Positions 1 to 9,208 of a DNA stretch of 64,000 nt are shown here, in pieces. The notes below the pieces were generated by a model. It was not told where the DNA came from, searched no databases, and saw only the letters and a program-made list of their open reading frames with translations. Within the stretch, counting starts at the first letter, position 1. The number at the start of each line of letters is the position of its first letter. Origin of the DNA: Patescibacteria group bacterium (GTDB lineage Bacteria > Patescibacteriota > Microgenomatia > 0-14-0-10-38-17); contig JBMNNJ010000001.1 in NCBI GenBank assembly GCA_050953885.1, forward strand, positions 335,437-399,436. Reading direction: 5' to 3'. A program made the translations under genes and the position numbers.

Positions 1-1917
1 GTCGGTTTTTTTTCTTTAGAGATGAGCCAGGAAGAATTGGTTGACCGTCTTCTTGTTCGTCAGGCACAAATTGACAGCTGGAAGTTAAAAACCGGCCGTT
101 TGGACGAAGATGATTTTGCCCGCCTTTCCGAAGCGATGGGAACTTTAGCGGAAGCGCCTCTTTTCATTGACGACACTCCGGGAATTTCGGTGGCGGAAAT
201 GCGCACTAAGGCCCGACGCTTACAAACAGAAAAAAGTTTGGATCTTATTGTCGTTGACTACCTTCAACTCGTTCACGGCCGTAATTTGGAAAATCGCGTT
301 CAGGAAGTTTCGGAAATTTCCCAAGGATTAAAAAATTTGGCCCGGGAACTTAAAGTGCCCCTCGTGGCTGTTTCCCAGCTTTCCCGAGCAGTAGAAATTC
401 GCGGCGGCCAACGCCCCCGTCTGGCAGACTTGAGGGAAAGTGGCTGTATTAGTGGTGATGCTCTTATCCAAATGGCCGACGGAGAACGAATCGCCATTGA
501 AAAATTAGCTTTAAAAAATAAACCTTTTTTGGTAATGAGTCTAAATGAAAAAACCTGGCAGCTTGAACCGGCCTTGGCAAAAAAAGCCTGGTGCAGTGGA
601 AAAAAATTAGTTTTCTGCCTTAAAACCCAATTGGGGCAAGAAATTAAAGCCAGTGCTAATCATCGCTTTTTCACCTCTTCTGGCTGGAAAAGGCTTGACC
701 AGCTTAAAGTAGGGGATTATATTGCTCTTGTTCGCTCTTGGAAAAACTTACCCCAAACAAAGCCAACCATGACCGCCGCTGAACTAGCCCTTCTTGGTCA
801 TCTTATTGGTGATGGCTGTACTCTTCCCAAACATGCCGTCCAATACACCACCAACGAAAAAGAATTAGCCGAAACGGTTGTTAAGGCTAGCAAGGATGTT
901 TTTGGGGAAAAAATCAACCCGAGAATAAAACGAGAACGAAATTGGTGGCAAGTTTATCTGTCTGCCGGTTATCCCTTAAGCCGCCACCAAAGAAACCCTC
1001 TTGCCGCCTGGCTGGATAAACTAAAAATATGGGGTTATCGCGCCAAAGAAAAAAGAGTCCCAGAAAAAGTTTTTAAACAGCCCCCTCAGGAAATCAGCCG
1101 ATTTTTACATCACCTCTGGCTTACCGATGGCAGTATCACCTTAAGCGGGAAGAAAAAAGAGCGACCGATAATATATTATGCTACCAGCAGCGATGTTTTA
1201 GCCAAGGACGTCCAACATTTGCTACTTCGTTTAGGAATCATCGCCAAAGTTCGGCGGGTAAAACAAAGAAATAAAGGAAAGGATCAATGGCATGTTATTA
1301 TTACCGGTCAGCCTGATATAACCGCTTTCATCGCTATTGTCGGTACCAGTGGGAAAAAACTAAAAAATCTAAATCTTATTAAAAAATATTATCAGCAGCA
1401 CCAGCATAATCCCAATAAGGACATTATTCCTAAAACGATGTGGTATTCTTTAGTAGAACCAGCGCGGCAGGCCCTAAAAATGAGCCAAAGAGAAATGCAA
1501 AAGCAAATAGGAGTTCATTATTGCGGGTCAACCCTTTTTAAGGCCAACATGAGCCGCCAGCGGGCTTTAAAAGTTGCTCAAGTTGTTCAGAACAAAACTT
1601 TGGAAAAAATCGCCAAAAGCGATGTTTATTGGGATAAAGTCGTTTCCATTAAGCCCTTGGGGGTAGAAAAAGTTTATGATATAGAAGTTCCCAGTTACCA
1701 CAATTTTGTTGCCGAAAATATTGTTATCCATAACTCCATCGAGCAGGATGCGGACGTGGTGATGTTTCTTTATCATGAAGACGAGGACGATCGCGAAAAT
1801 GTGGTTTTGGAAATCGCCAAACATCGCAATGGCCCTTTGGGACAAATTAATCTTCGCTTTATTCCCAAGCAAGTAAGCTTCTACCCGGTCGAGAAAAGGT
1901 TGGGGGAAGGGAAATAA
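1..1917 (+). CDS. dnaB: Replicative DNA helicase DnaB (5'-truncated by window edge), interrupted by an intein
   Basis: [31 protein letters not shown]|...|[12 protein letters not shown] and AKHRNGP motifs; frame is open from base 1. Confidence 0.95.
   Translation, partial: VGFFSLEMSQEELVDRLLVRQAQIDSWKLKTGRLDEDDFARLSEAMGTLAEAPLFIDDTPGISVAEMRTKARRLQTEKSLDLIVVDYLQLVHGRNLENRVQEVSEISQGLKNLARELKVPLVAVSQLSRAVEIRGGQRPRLADLRESGCISGDALIQMADGERIAIEKLALKNKPFLVMSLNEKTWQLEPALAKKAWCSGKKLVFCLKTQLGQEIKASANHRFFTSSGWKRLDQLKVGDYIALVRSWKNLPQTKPTMTAAELALLGHLIGDGCTLPKHAVQYTTNEKELAETVVKASKDVFGEKINPRIKRERNWWQVYLSAGYPLSRHQRNPLAAWLDKLKIWGYRAKEKRVPEKVFKQPPQEISRFLHHLWLTDGSITLSGKKKERPIIYYATSSDVLAKDVQHLLLRLGIIAKVRRVKQRNKGKDQWHVIITGQPDITAFIAIVGTSGKKLKNLNLIKKYYQQHQHNPNKDIIPKTMWYSLVEPARQALKMSQREMQKQIGVHYCGSTLFKANMSRQRALKVAQVVQNKTLEKIAKSDVYWDKVVSIKPLGVEKVYDIEVPSYHNFVAENIVIHNSIEQDADVVMFLYHEDEDDRENVVLEIAKHRNGPLGQINLRFIPKQVSFYPVEKRLGEGK
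445..1734 (+). mobile_element. Intein (430 aa) with LAGLIDADG homing endonuclease domain in DnaB
   Basis: Begins CISGDALI after RESG and ends NIVIHN before S+1 (SIEQD); block B ASANHRF; LAGLIDADG-like LLGHLIGDG and [10 protein letters not shown]. Confidence 0.93.
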
Positions 1918-2004
1918 AATTACTAGCTAAAGGGTAAGAAAAAATTAATGCAAAAATCAAAAATCAGAATTCAAAACCAAGTTCAAAGACCAAAACCATA
2001 AATT

Positions 2005-2138
2005 AAAACTCAAAACGCAAATGGCAAATGTTAAAACTACATGTCAAATCTTAAATCTTTCTTAGAATTTAAAATTATTTTTTCAGATTTGAGTTTTGAG
2101 TTGTAGTTTTGAGTTTTGCGATTTAACATTTGCGTTTA
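2005..2138. repeat. Intergenic module A (~135 bp imperfect palindrome of heptamers)
   Basis: AAACTCAAAACGCAAATGGCAAATG...TTTTGCGATTTAACATTTG; related copies in either orientation at ~4119-4251, 13243-13365, 29989-30136, 30826-30958, 32960-33099 and 41259-41398. Confidence 0.85.
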
Positions 2139-2183
2139 TTTTCGCGTTAACTCGCGTATTTTAGTAATTTAACAATTTACTCT

Positions 2184-2849
2184 ATGTTCCTAAACTTGCC
2201 TCTCATCAGCTTCCCCGTCTTTGGTTTGGTGTTATTTTTGGGCTTCCTCTTTTCCTCTTTTTGGTTTTTCAAAAACACCAAAGAAGAGTTTGTTGATGAA
2301 GAGCAGGCAATCAGCTTTATTTTTTGGATTTTCTTAAGCTGGCTTTTGGGTAGCCGCGTTATTTTTTTCTCAACTAACTTTAATTCTTTTCCTTCTTTTT
2401 GGACTCTTTTTCTGCCCTGGCAATATCCCGGCCTTTCTTTTGCCGGCGGAATATTGGGGATAGCTTTGGCCGCAAAAATCTGGGCGAAAAAAAACAAGTT
2501 TAATCTTTGGCGAGTTTCTGACCCGGCTCTTTTCCCTCTTCTTCTCTTTCAAGAATTCTTTTTTCTTGGCCAATTTTTGGCCACCCAAGAAAATTTTTAT
2601 TTTTTTGCCTTTCTTATCTTTCTTGCCGGCTTTCCTTTAGGGCTTTGGATTAAGAAGAAATATCGTTCTTTTTCCTGGTATCCTTCAGGAAAAATCGGTT
2701 TGACATTTTTAGCGGTTTTCGCTGTTACCTTACTCGCCTTTTGTCTACTTGCTTTTTGCCCTCCTTTTGGGTTATACTTTGAAGGTTTAGGAGCTCTTTT
2801 AATAGGAGGGCTAGCCGGTTGGCTAATTTACCAACGTCGCCAGCCATAA
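2184..2849 (+). CDS. Lgt-like (prolipoprotein diacylglyceryl transferase family) membrane protein, divergent
   Basis: Multi-TM protein with LGSRVIF and PGLSFAGGILG resembling the Lgt N-terminal half; RxGNF and HPxQLYE motifs not seen. Confidence 0.55.
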   Translation: MFLNLPLISFPVFGLVLFLGFLFSSFWFFKNTKEEFVDEEQAISFIFWIFLSWLLGSRVIFFSTNFNSFPSFWTLFLPWQYPGLSFAGGILGIALAAKIWAKKNKFNLWRVSDPALFPLLLFQEFFFLGQFLATQENFYFFAFLIFLAGFPLGLWIKKKYRSFSWYPSGKIGLTFLAVFAVTLLAFCLLAFCPPFGLYFEGLGALLIGGLAGWLIYQRRQP

Positions 2850-2864
2850 AAATTGAGAATAAAG

Positions 2865-3275
2865 ATGGCTAAGAAAAACAAAACCCAAACCAAAAATAAG
2901 CCAGAAAAAACAGCGATTCGTTTTCCGGCCAGCGTCTTAAAGCCCGTGGGCGACTTTTTGGTCAAAGAAGAAAAGGAAATTTTAAAAAAATTGCATCTTC
3001 TTTCCAAGGAGGATCCCTTTGCCAACCCGGCCCGCTTGGCAGATAATGCTGCCCCCGATAACGAGGCCTTGGAACAAATCGATCATCTTAAAAACCAAAG
3101 CCTGCAGGAACAGATGAAAAAAAACCTTATCCAAGTACGGCGAGCCCTGACACGTCTTAAAATCGGTAAATATGGCATCTGCGAGGAATGCGGCCAAATG
3201 ATTGATACCGACCGGCTGATGATTTATCCTCACGCCACCTTATGCGTTAAATGCGAGCAAAAGAAAAAGAAATAA
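2865..3275 (+). CDS. TraR/DksA C4-type zinc finger protein
   Basis: Coiled coil followed by YGICEECG...IDTDRL..YPHATLCVKC. Confidence 0.88.
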   Translation: MAKKNKTQTKNKPEKTAIRFPASVLKPVGDFLVKEEKEILKKLHLLSKEDPFANPARLADNAAPDNEALEQIDHLKNQSLQEQMKKNLIQVRRALTRLKIGKYGICEECGQMIDTDRLMIYPHATLCVKCEQKKKK

Positions 3276-4030
3276 AAGTGGGCGTTGACTATAATTTAAT
3301 TGACTACTCCTCTTACTGGCGAAACCGAGAGTATGAATGGGAAGCAGAAAAGATTGCTTTGGAAAAATTGTTTTCCCATATCCCCGGGAAAGAACAAAAA
3401 ATAATCTTAGAAATAGGGGGAGGGTTTGGCCGTCTGGCCGCGATTTACGCCCCTTTTTTCAAAGATGTTATTCTTCTTGAGCCGTCAGAAAAGCTTTTAA
3501 AAGAAGCGCAAGCAAATTTAGCCGCCCAAAAAAACCTCACCTTTCTTGCCGGAAGAGGGGAGGCGATTCCCCAAGAGGGCAAAAGCGTTGATGTGGCCTT
3601 AATGGTCCGTGTCAGCCACCATTTTCAGGATCTTAGCCCGGTGCTAAAAGAAATTAACCGTATCCTTAAACCCCAGGGGTTTTTAATTTTAGAATTTGCC
3701 AATAAAATTCATTTCAAAGCGCGCTTGCGGGCTTTGGGAAAAGGTGATTTTTCTTTTCGCAAAAACTTAACTCCGTTTGACCAGCGCCGGCAAAGCAGAA
3801 AAGACCCCGAAGTGGTTTTCTTAAATCATCATCCCCAAGCGGTTCTTAACGTTCTTTCTGAAAATAACTTTGAAGTTAAAAAAATCCTTTCCGTTTCCAA
3901 CTTTCGCTCCCCATTTTTAAAAAAAGTTCTTCCTCAAAAATGGCTTCTTTTTTGGGAAAAAAGCACCCAAAGTATTTTGGCCCCTTTTTGGTTTGGCCCC
4001 TCAATTTTTATCTTAGCCAAAAAAAATTGA
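3251..4030 (+). CDS. Class I SAM-dependent methyltransferase
   Basis: ILEIGGGFGRL motif I; EINRILKPQGFLILE. Confidence 0.85.
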   Translation: MRAKEKEIKVGVDYNLIDYSSYWRNREYEWEAEKIALEKLFSHIPGKEQKIILEIGGGFGRLAAIYAPFFKDVILLEPSEKLLKEAQANLAAQKNLTFLAGRGEAIPQEGKSVDVALMVRVSHHFQDLSPVLKEINRILKPQGFLILEFANKIHFKARLRALGKGDFSFRKNLTPFDQRRQSRKDPEVVFLNHHPQAVLNVLSENNFEVKKILSVSNFRSPFLKKVLPQKWLLFWEKSTQSILAPFWFGPSIFILAKKN

Positions 4031-4288
4031 TCCTCAATAAGCTGCTTCTCATTAATTCAATCCGCCAGCTGGCGAACAAAAGTCAAAAATTGTCTTCTGT
4101 ATCTGGTATTAAATATAAAAAACTCAAATGTTAAATCGCAAAACTCAAAACTACAACTCAAAACTCAAATCTAAAAAACATTTTTAAGTTCTAAGAAAGA
4201 TTTAAGATTTAACATGTAGTTTTGCCATTTGCCATTTGCGTTTTAAGTTTATTTTTCGCGCTAATTCGTGTCTTTTAACAATTTTAAC

Positions 4289-4909
4289 TTATTTCTTTGT
4301 CTTTCCTTCCTCAATTTCCGCCATAAATTGATTTACTCCCGCCGCCCAAGAGCCATTGGAAAGAGGAGTGTATTTGCTCATAATTTCCTCCGGCGTAGTT
4401 AATCCCTGATTAAGGTAATCCTCACGTAAACCACGGGCCACCGTTTCAATTGCTTCCTCCCAACCGGAAAAACCAAGCGTACCGCGGCTATGGATTCCCC
4501 AGCCCCAAGCGTTATAAGAACCCGGGGGAATTTTTTTGCCTAAATTCGATTCCTGTTGGGCAATGGCCACCAAAAGCCTATAGTCAAGATCATATTTTTG
4601 GGAAATAGCAAAAATATAATCGGCGTAAGGCTCAAGAGGCGAGTGGTAATAAGCTAAGTATTGTTTTAGCAAAACCGGCCGGGAATCAACGCCGCGAACT
4701 TCAAAAGAAAGATTACCACCGGTAGGGGGAAGAGCAGTGTAAAGCCGTAAAGAAGGCATAAAAGCCGCCGCTCCGACTACCGCTTTGCTACCCGCCTCTT
4801 TATTCTGGCCTAAAAGCCAAAAAGAGGAAAAAAGCGCCAACGGCGATAAAAACAAAAAAATCACCATCAAGAGCAGTTTGCCCAATAACGATTTTTTTAA
4901 TTTATCCAT
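4289..4909 (-). CDS. Membrane-anchored lysozyme-like/glucosaminidase-type cell wall hydrolase
   Basis: N-terminal TM helix; DYRLLVAIAQQESNLG and YNAWGWG resemble lysozyme-fold motifs. Confidence 0.6.
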   Translation of the reverse strand: MDKLKKSLLGKLLLMVIFLFLSPLALFSSFWLLGQNKEAGSKAVVGAAAFMPSLRLYTALPPTGGNLSFEVRGVDSRPVLLKQYLAYYHSPLEPYADYIFAISQKYDLDYRLLVAIAQQESNLGKKIPPGSYNAWGWGIHSRGTLGFSGWEEAIETVARGLREDYLNQGLTTPEEIMSKYTPLSNGSWAAGVNQFMAEIEEGKTKK

Positions 4910-4965
4910 AAAAAACCCATCTCTCTAAACTTTAATAAAACAAAAAGTATTTGTCAAGTCAAGGT

Positions 4966-5693
4966 AATAAGTTAAGATACATATGCGACATTGATAGTTA
5001 GTGGATCACTACGCCAAGGCCTATCCCATCTTTAGTAGAATTAAAGGCTTAAAGGAGGTGAAAAACATGCTTTCAAGCCTAAGACAATTCTCTAAGAGTG
5101 AGGCAGCTCAACAAAGAATGAAGATTATTAAGTTCTACCAACAATACGGAGAAAAAGCAACTAAGAATTAAACACTCACCTAAACCAAGGGGCTTTGGCG
5201 ATATTGTTTCTGATACCGTAGAGAGAATCACCGATGGGATTAGGGACTATTTTATCTCTACTGTTGATGCCAAGATGAAATTTGCCCTGACTCTTAATTA
5301 CCAAAGACTAACCAGTAAGAAGATGAGAGATTTTTACTTTAGATTTAAAGATGTCTACCCGGGGAAAGTGGCTGTTTGACAATCAGATAATGGCGGTGAG
5401 AACTTAGGAGTCTTTGACCAACAATTAGCTAAGGATAAGATTCCCATTATTTCATCTCTCCCCGTTGTCCTAAGATTGATACCTTGGTGGAAAGATACCA
5501 CCGCACTTCTCAAGAGGAGTTTATTAATCCCCACCTTGACACTATTCATGACAAAGGGGTCTTTCAAAGAAAACTATCTGATTATTTAATCTGGGACAAC
5601 ACGGAAAGACCCAATCATTCTTTAAACCTTAAGAGCCCCTTGGAATATTTCATTGAAAAAGGAGGCATGTCGTAAAAGTACTTGGCTTAGACA
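4966..5693 (+). mobile_element. Degenerate IS481-like element, copy 1 (728 bp)
   Basis: Remnant rve/DDE transposase (IVSDTV, QSDNGGEN, VERYHRT...EEF, NTERPNHSL..KSP) with internal deletion, in-frame TGA and frameshift; right end ...TTAGACA with an imperfect inverted repeat at the left end. Confidence 0.8.
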
Positions 5694-5698
5694 AAAAC

Positions 5699-5727
5699 TT
5701 GACTTTTACCCCGTTGTGTTATAAGAT
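5699..5727 (+). promoter_or_regulatory. Candidate sigma70 promoter for the radical SAM operon
   Basis: TTGACT-17 nt-TAAGAT immediately inside IS copy 1. Confidence 0.45.
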
Positions 5728-5965
5728 TTACGTATCTCATAATAATCAATGGTAGGCAATTTTGCTGTCTATTTTTTGGTTATTATTAAAGATCATTTTT
5801 TTCAGGCAAAGTAAGCGGTTTTTGACAAAAGCGTCAAAAAAAACCAAAATACTTTGTTTTGGAAAATATTCAGTTTTGGTCCGCCTCAGGTGGAGCACCT
5901 TGACAAGTTGTAATTACCTCCATCAATGATTCCTTCTGGCCTTAATTTATAAAGGAGAGATTCTC

Positions 5966-7294
5966 ATGTTTCGCACTCTATCCGCCCCGGTCGTTTTACA
6001 GTGGGAAGTTACTCCGGATTGTAATCATGCCTGTCTACATTGTTATAACTATTGGAGAGGGTTTGGTGAGGAGCCAAGCGCATCAGAAGATGTCTGTGAG
6101 ATCTATCGGGCTGCAACCAAAGAAATTATCTGTAACAGGGTTTTTTCTGTGGTGATTACCGGTGGAGAACCGCTTTTGGTTTTTGACCAAGTAAAGCCAC
6201 ATATCCGACAGCTGGTGCAAGCAGGCGTTCATGTTTCACTCAACACTAATTTGTCTCTTTTTAACAGACAGATAGCTGTTGAGCTCAAGGAGCTTGGAGT
6301 TCGTTCCATTTTGACGTCTCTCCCTTCCTTTGATCCGGAGACCAATGATTACATCACCCAAACCCCGGGATCTCATCGTCGGATCACCCGCGGGATACGT
6401 ACTGCTCTCGAAAGTGGTTTCAAGGTAGCCGTCAATATGGTAGTAACCAAGGTAAACCTCTCGCAGGTTTACCAAACCGCCGAATATGTAGCCAATCTAG
6501 GAGTTAAATCCTTTGCGGCTACCAAAGCAGCTACCCCAAACAACTGCCCCGATTTCAGTGCATTTGCTCTAGGCCTTGATGAATTTCGTTGGATGTTGTA
6601 CGAACTTATCAAAGCTAAAGAGCGATTGGGTCTAGAAAGCATCGATTCACTTGAATTCTACCCTTATTGTGCCTTCGACGAGGTAACAAGAGCAGTTTTC
6701 AGTAGTCGAATGTGCAGTGCCGGCAAAACCAATTGCACAATCGGTTTTAACGGCCAAGTTAGGCCTTGCTCGCGAGCTGAACATACCTACGGTGATATTC
6801 GGGAAGGGCTAACTAACGCTTGGGGTCGAATGACTCCATGGAGAACAAATGAATGGTTGCCGGAACAATGCTCAACATGTCAGTTGAAAAACAAATGTGG
6901 AGGAGGTTGCAAGGTAGACGCGCAGAGAACAACGGGGGATATCAAACAACCAGATCCAATTTGTGATTTCTCACAGTTGCCCGTGCGTTTACCTTCTGTA
7001 CGGGAACCCAGCCCTGATGGAACAGAGTTTCTTGTCAATCCTAGCATGGTCTTTCGACCGGAAAGTTTTGGAGGGATACTCTACGTTTCTTCTGGGCACT
7101 GGGCGATAGTTGTTCAGGAGTTGTATCAGCTATTTGCATCTGGAAAGGAGGTGGTGAGTATCGAAGATATCGTATCCGCTTTGGGTTGTTCTCTAAATGA
7201 GGCAACCGCTACAGTGTCGTATCTTGTTCGCAAATTCATTCTGAAGGTAGCAAAAGGGGGTTCTTATGCCAGCGGGAATTGTTTCGTTGCTTGA
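5966..7294 (+). CDS. Radical SAM/SPASM domain peptide maturase with C-terminal RRE (PqqD/MftB-like) domain
   Basis: CNHACLHC; ITGGEPLL; SPASM CSAGKTNC..GQVRPC and CSTCQLKNKCGGGC..DPIC; C-terminal FRPESFGGILY plus helical segment; SD AAGGAG upstream. Confidence 0.88.
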   Translation: MFRTLSAPVVLQWEVTPDCNHACLHCYNYWRGFGEEPSASEDVCEIYRAATKEIICNRVFSVVITGGEPLLVFDQVKPHIRQLVQAGVHVSLNTNLSLFNRQIAVELKELGVRSILTSLPSFDPETNDYITQTPGSHRRITRGIRTALESGFKVAVNMVVTKVNLSQVYQTAEYVANLGVKSFAATKAATPNNCPDFSAFALGLDEFRWMLYELIKAKERLGLESIDSLEFYPYCAFDEVTRAVFSSRMCSAGKTNCTIGFNGQVRPCSRAEHTYGDIREGLTNAWGRMTPWRTNEWLPEQCSTCQLKNKCGGGCKVDAQRTTGDIKQPDPICDFSQLPVRLPSVREPSPDGTEFLVNPSMVFRPESFGGILYVSSGHWAIVVQELYQLFASGKEVVSIEDIVSALGCSLNEATATVSYLVRKFILKVAKGGSYASGNCFVA

Positions 7295-7412
7295 GGAGCA
7301 AGAGGTCAGTTGCGTCATCGGCTGTGATCAAGACGGCGGTTCTGACCCGTGCGACTCTTGCGACAACGGCGGTGATTGCGTTTGTGATGCTGGGGATGGT
7401 ACCTGGACCTAA
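7266..7412 (+). CDS. Putative RiPP precursor peptide (48 aa, 6 Cys, Asp/Gly-rich), not in ORF track
   Basis: MPAGIVSLLEEQEVSCVIGCDQDGGSDPCDSCDNGGDCVCDAGDGTWT; AAAGGGGG SD-like site 5 nt upstream; overlaps the rSAM stop. Confidence 0.75.
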   Translation: MPAGIVSLLEEQEVSCVIGCDQDGGSDPCDSCDNGGDCVCDAGDGTWT

Positions 7413-7456
7413 TCAAAGTGGCTTGATGACGGTCACAGTATCGCCTCAGTAGTTCT

Positions 7457-7533
7457 AAGAGCATCTATTGGTGAAAACCAAAATCACAACTTGTTTGTGG
7501 TTGCTTTTTAAGCTAGATGCTCTTTTTCTTTTT
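7457..7533 (+). terminator. Putative terminator hairpin after the precursor peptide
   Basis: AAGAGCATCTA...TAGATGCTCTT inverted repeat followed by a T-rich run. Confidence 0.55.
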
Positions 7534-7620
7534 CAAATTTGCTATAATGCTCTAAGAGAATTATCGAGGCCGTAGCGCCGCTGTATAATAATCTGAGTCG
7601 TTCATTTTAAAATAAAAGGT

Positions 7621-8283
7621 GTGGTTTTTGTCGTTAAATATTCACTAGAAAAAGATATTTGGAATCATTTGAATTCGAACTGGAGATTTCGTTTTCGAAA
7701 ATATGGAAGAAAGAATATTCAGAAAAAACTGCTTCAAACTTATCCCGAAGAATATCGCCGCAATCTCGCTCAAGCCAAAACAGAAAAAGAAGCCACGGTT
7801 GTTATTAAAAGTTTTTTAGCCTCTTTACCTAAAAGTTTTCAAAATACTACCCCAATAATTGGCAAAGGAGTCGAGAAAGTTCTGAACGAAGAAAAAAAGC
7901 AGATAATTTCTTCTTTAGAAAAACTTTATGGTAAACCTTTTCCATTTAAAGAAATAACTGTTTATCTTACCACTGGCACTATTCACCCATATAATTATAA
8001 AGAAAGATGGTTTATGACTGGAAGAAATTCCAGCCTTGATAAGCATATTAAAACCGCTAAACACGAACTTAACCATTTTATGTTTTATTACTATTATCCT
8101 CATTTAAGGAAGAAGTTGGGTGTTGAGAAATATGAAAGACTAAAAGAGGCTTTAGCAATATTCACTAATCCTGAAGGTAATGATAAGCCCGATGTAAAAA
8201 AGTTGGAGAAATATCTAAAAACGCTTTCAGGTCAACCAATGGATGAGATTATAGAGAAAGCTTTGGGAAGTAAATATTTGTAA
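7621..8283 (+). CDS. Hypothetical protein with HEXXH motif (possible zinc metallopeptidase)
   Basis: AKHELNHFMFY with downstream LKEALA (gluzincin-like spacing). Confidence 0.55.
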   Translation: MVFVVKYSLEKDIWNHLNSNWRFRFRKYGRKNIQKKLLQTYPEEYRRNLAQAKTEKEATVVIKSFLASLPKSFQNTTPIIGKGVEKVLNEEKKQIISSLEKLYGKPFPFKEITVYLTTGTIHPYNYKERWFMTGRNSSLDKHIKTAKHELNHFMFYYYYPHLRKKLGVEKYERLKEALAIFTNPEGNDKPDVKKLEKYLKTLSGQPMDEIIEKALGSKYL

Positions 8284-8299
8284 GTTCTCGAGAGTACTG

Positions 8300-9027
8300 A
8301 ATAAGTTAAGATACATATGCGACATTGATAGTTAGTGGATCACTACGCCAAGGCCTATCCCATCTTTAGTAGAATTAAAGGCTTAAAGGAGGTGAAAAAC
8401 ATGCTTTCAAGCCTAAGACAATTCTCTAAGAGTGAGGCAGCTCAACAAAGAATGAAGATTATTAAGTTCTACCAACAATACGGAGAAAAAGCAACTAAGA
8501 ATTAAACACTCACCTAAACCAAGGGGCTTTGGCGATATTGTTTCTGATACCGTAGAGAGAATCACCGATGGGATTAGGGACTATTTTATCTCTACTGTTG
8601 ATGCCAAGATGAAATTTGCCCTGACTCTTAATTACCAAAGACTAACCAGTAAGAAGATGAGAGATTTTTACTTTAGATTTAAAGATGTCTACCCGGGGAA
8701 AGTGGCTGTTTGACAATCAGATAATGGCGGTGAGAACTTAGGAGTCTTTGACCAACAATTAGCTAAGGATAAGATTCCCATTATTTCATCTCTCCCCGTT
8801 GTCCTAAGATTGATACCTTGGTGGAAAGATACCACCGCACTTCTCAAGAGGAGTTTATTAATCCCCACCTTGACACTATTCATGACAAAGGGGTCTTTCA
8901 AAGAAAACTATCTGATTATTTAATCTGGGACAACACGGAAAGACCCAATCATTCTTTAAACCTTAAGAGCCCCTTGGAATATTTCATTGAAAAAGGAGGC
9001 ATGTCGTAAAAGTACTTGGCTTAGACA
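8300..9027 (+). mobile_element. Degenerate IS481-like element, copy 2 (direct repeat of 4966-5693)
   Basis: Same sequence at offset 3334, including the same inactivating lesions; identical ORF-track translations (5484/8818, 5355/8689). Confidence 0.85.
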
Positions 9028-9071
9028 TAAGGTTGCCATTTTTAAAAAAATAAGTTAAAATAACTTTTATT

Positions 9072-9197
9072 ATGAACAAAACTCATCAAAAAAACCAGCC
9101 GGTGCCGAAAAAAGATAAAAAAGAGGTCTTAGCAAAAGCGACTTTTTTCCGTCCCCAGCCGAAAAAAATTTTTCGGGTGGCCCAGCATCGCGTTTAA
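9072..9197 (+). CDS. Small basic hypothetical protein (41 aa) upstream of tig
   Basis: MNKTHQKNQPVPKKDKKEVLAKATFFRPQPKKIFRVAQHRV; fills the gap and ends 11 nt before the tig ATG. Confidence 0.4.
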   Translation: MNKTHQKNQPVPKKDKKEVLAKATFFRPQPKKIFRVAQHRV

Positions 9198-9208
9198 CCA
9201 AACTTCCC

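Noticed and set aside
5355-5400. TGA recoding (code 25/4) suggested by the in-frame TGA in the transposase remnant
   Set aside because: TGA terminates normal genes here (rpmF, infC, rnc, ybeY), and the element has other inactivating lesions
7144-7160. Strong AAGGAGGTG SD inside the rSAM gene suggesting a separate small gene
   Set aside because: The following GTG codons are in the rSAM frame and too close to the SD; no independent ORF is supported
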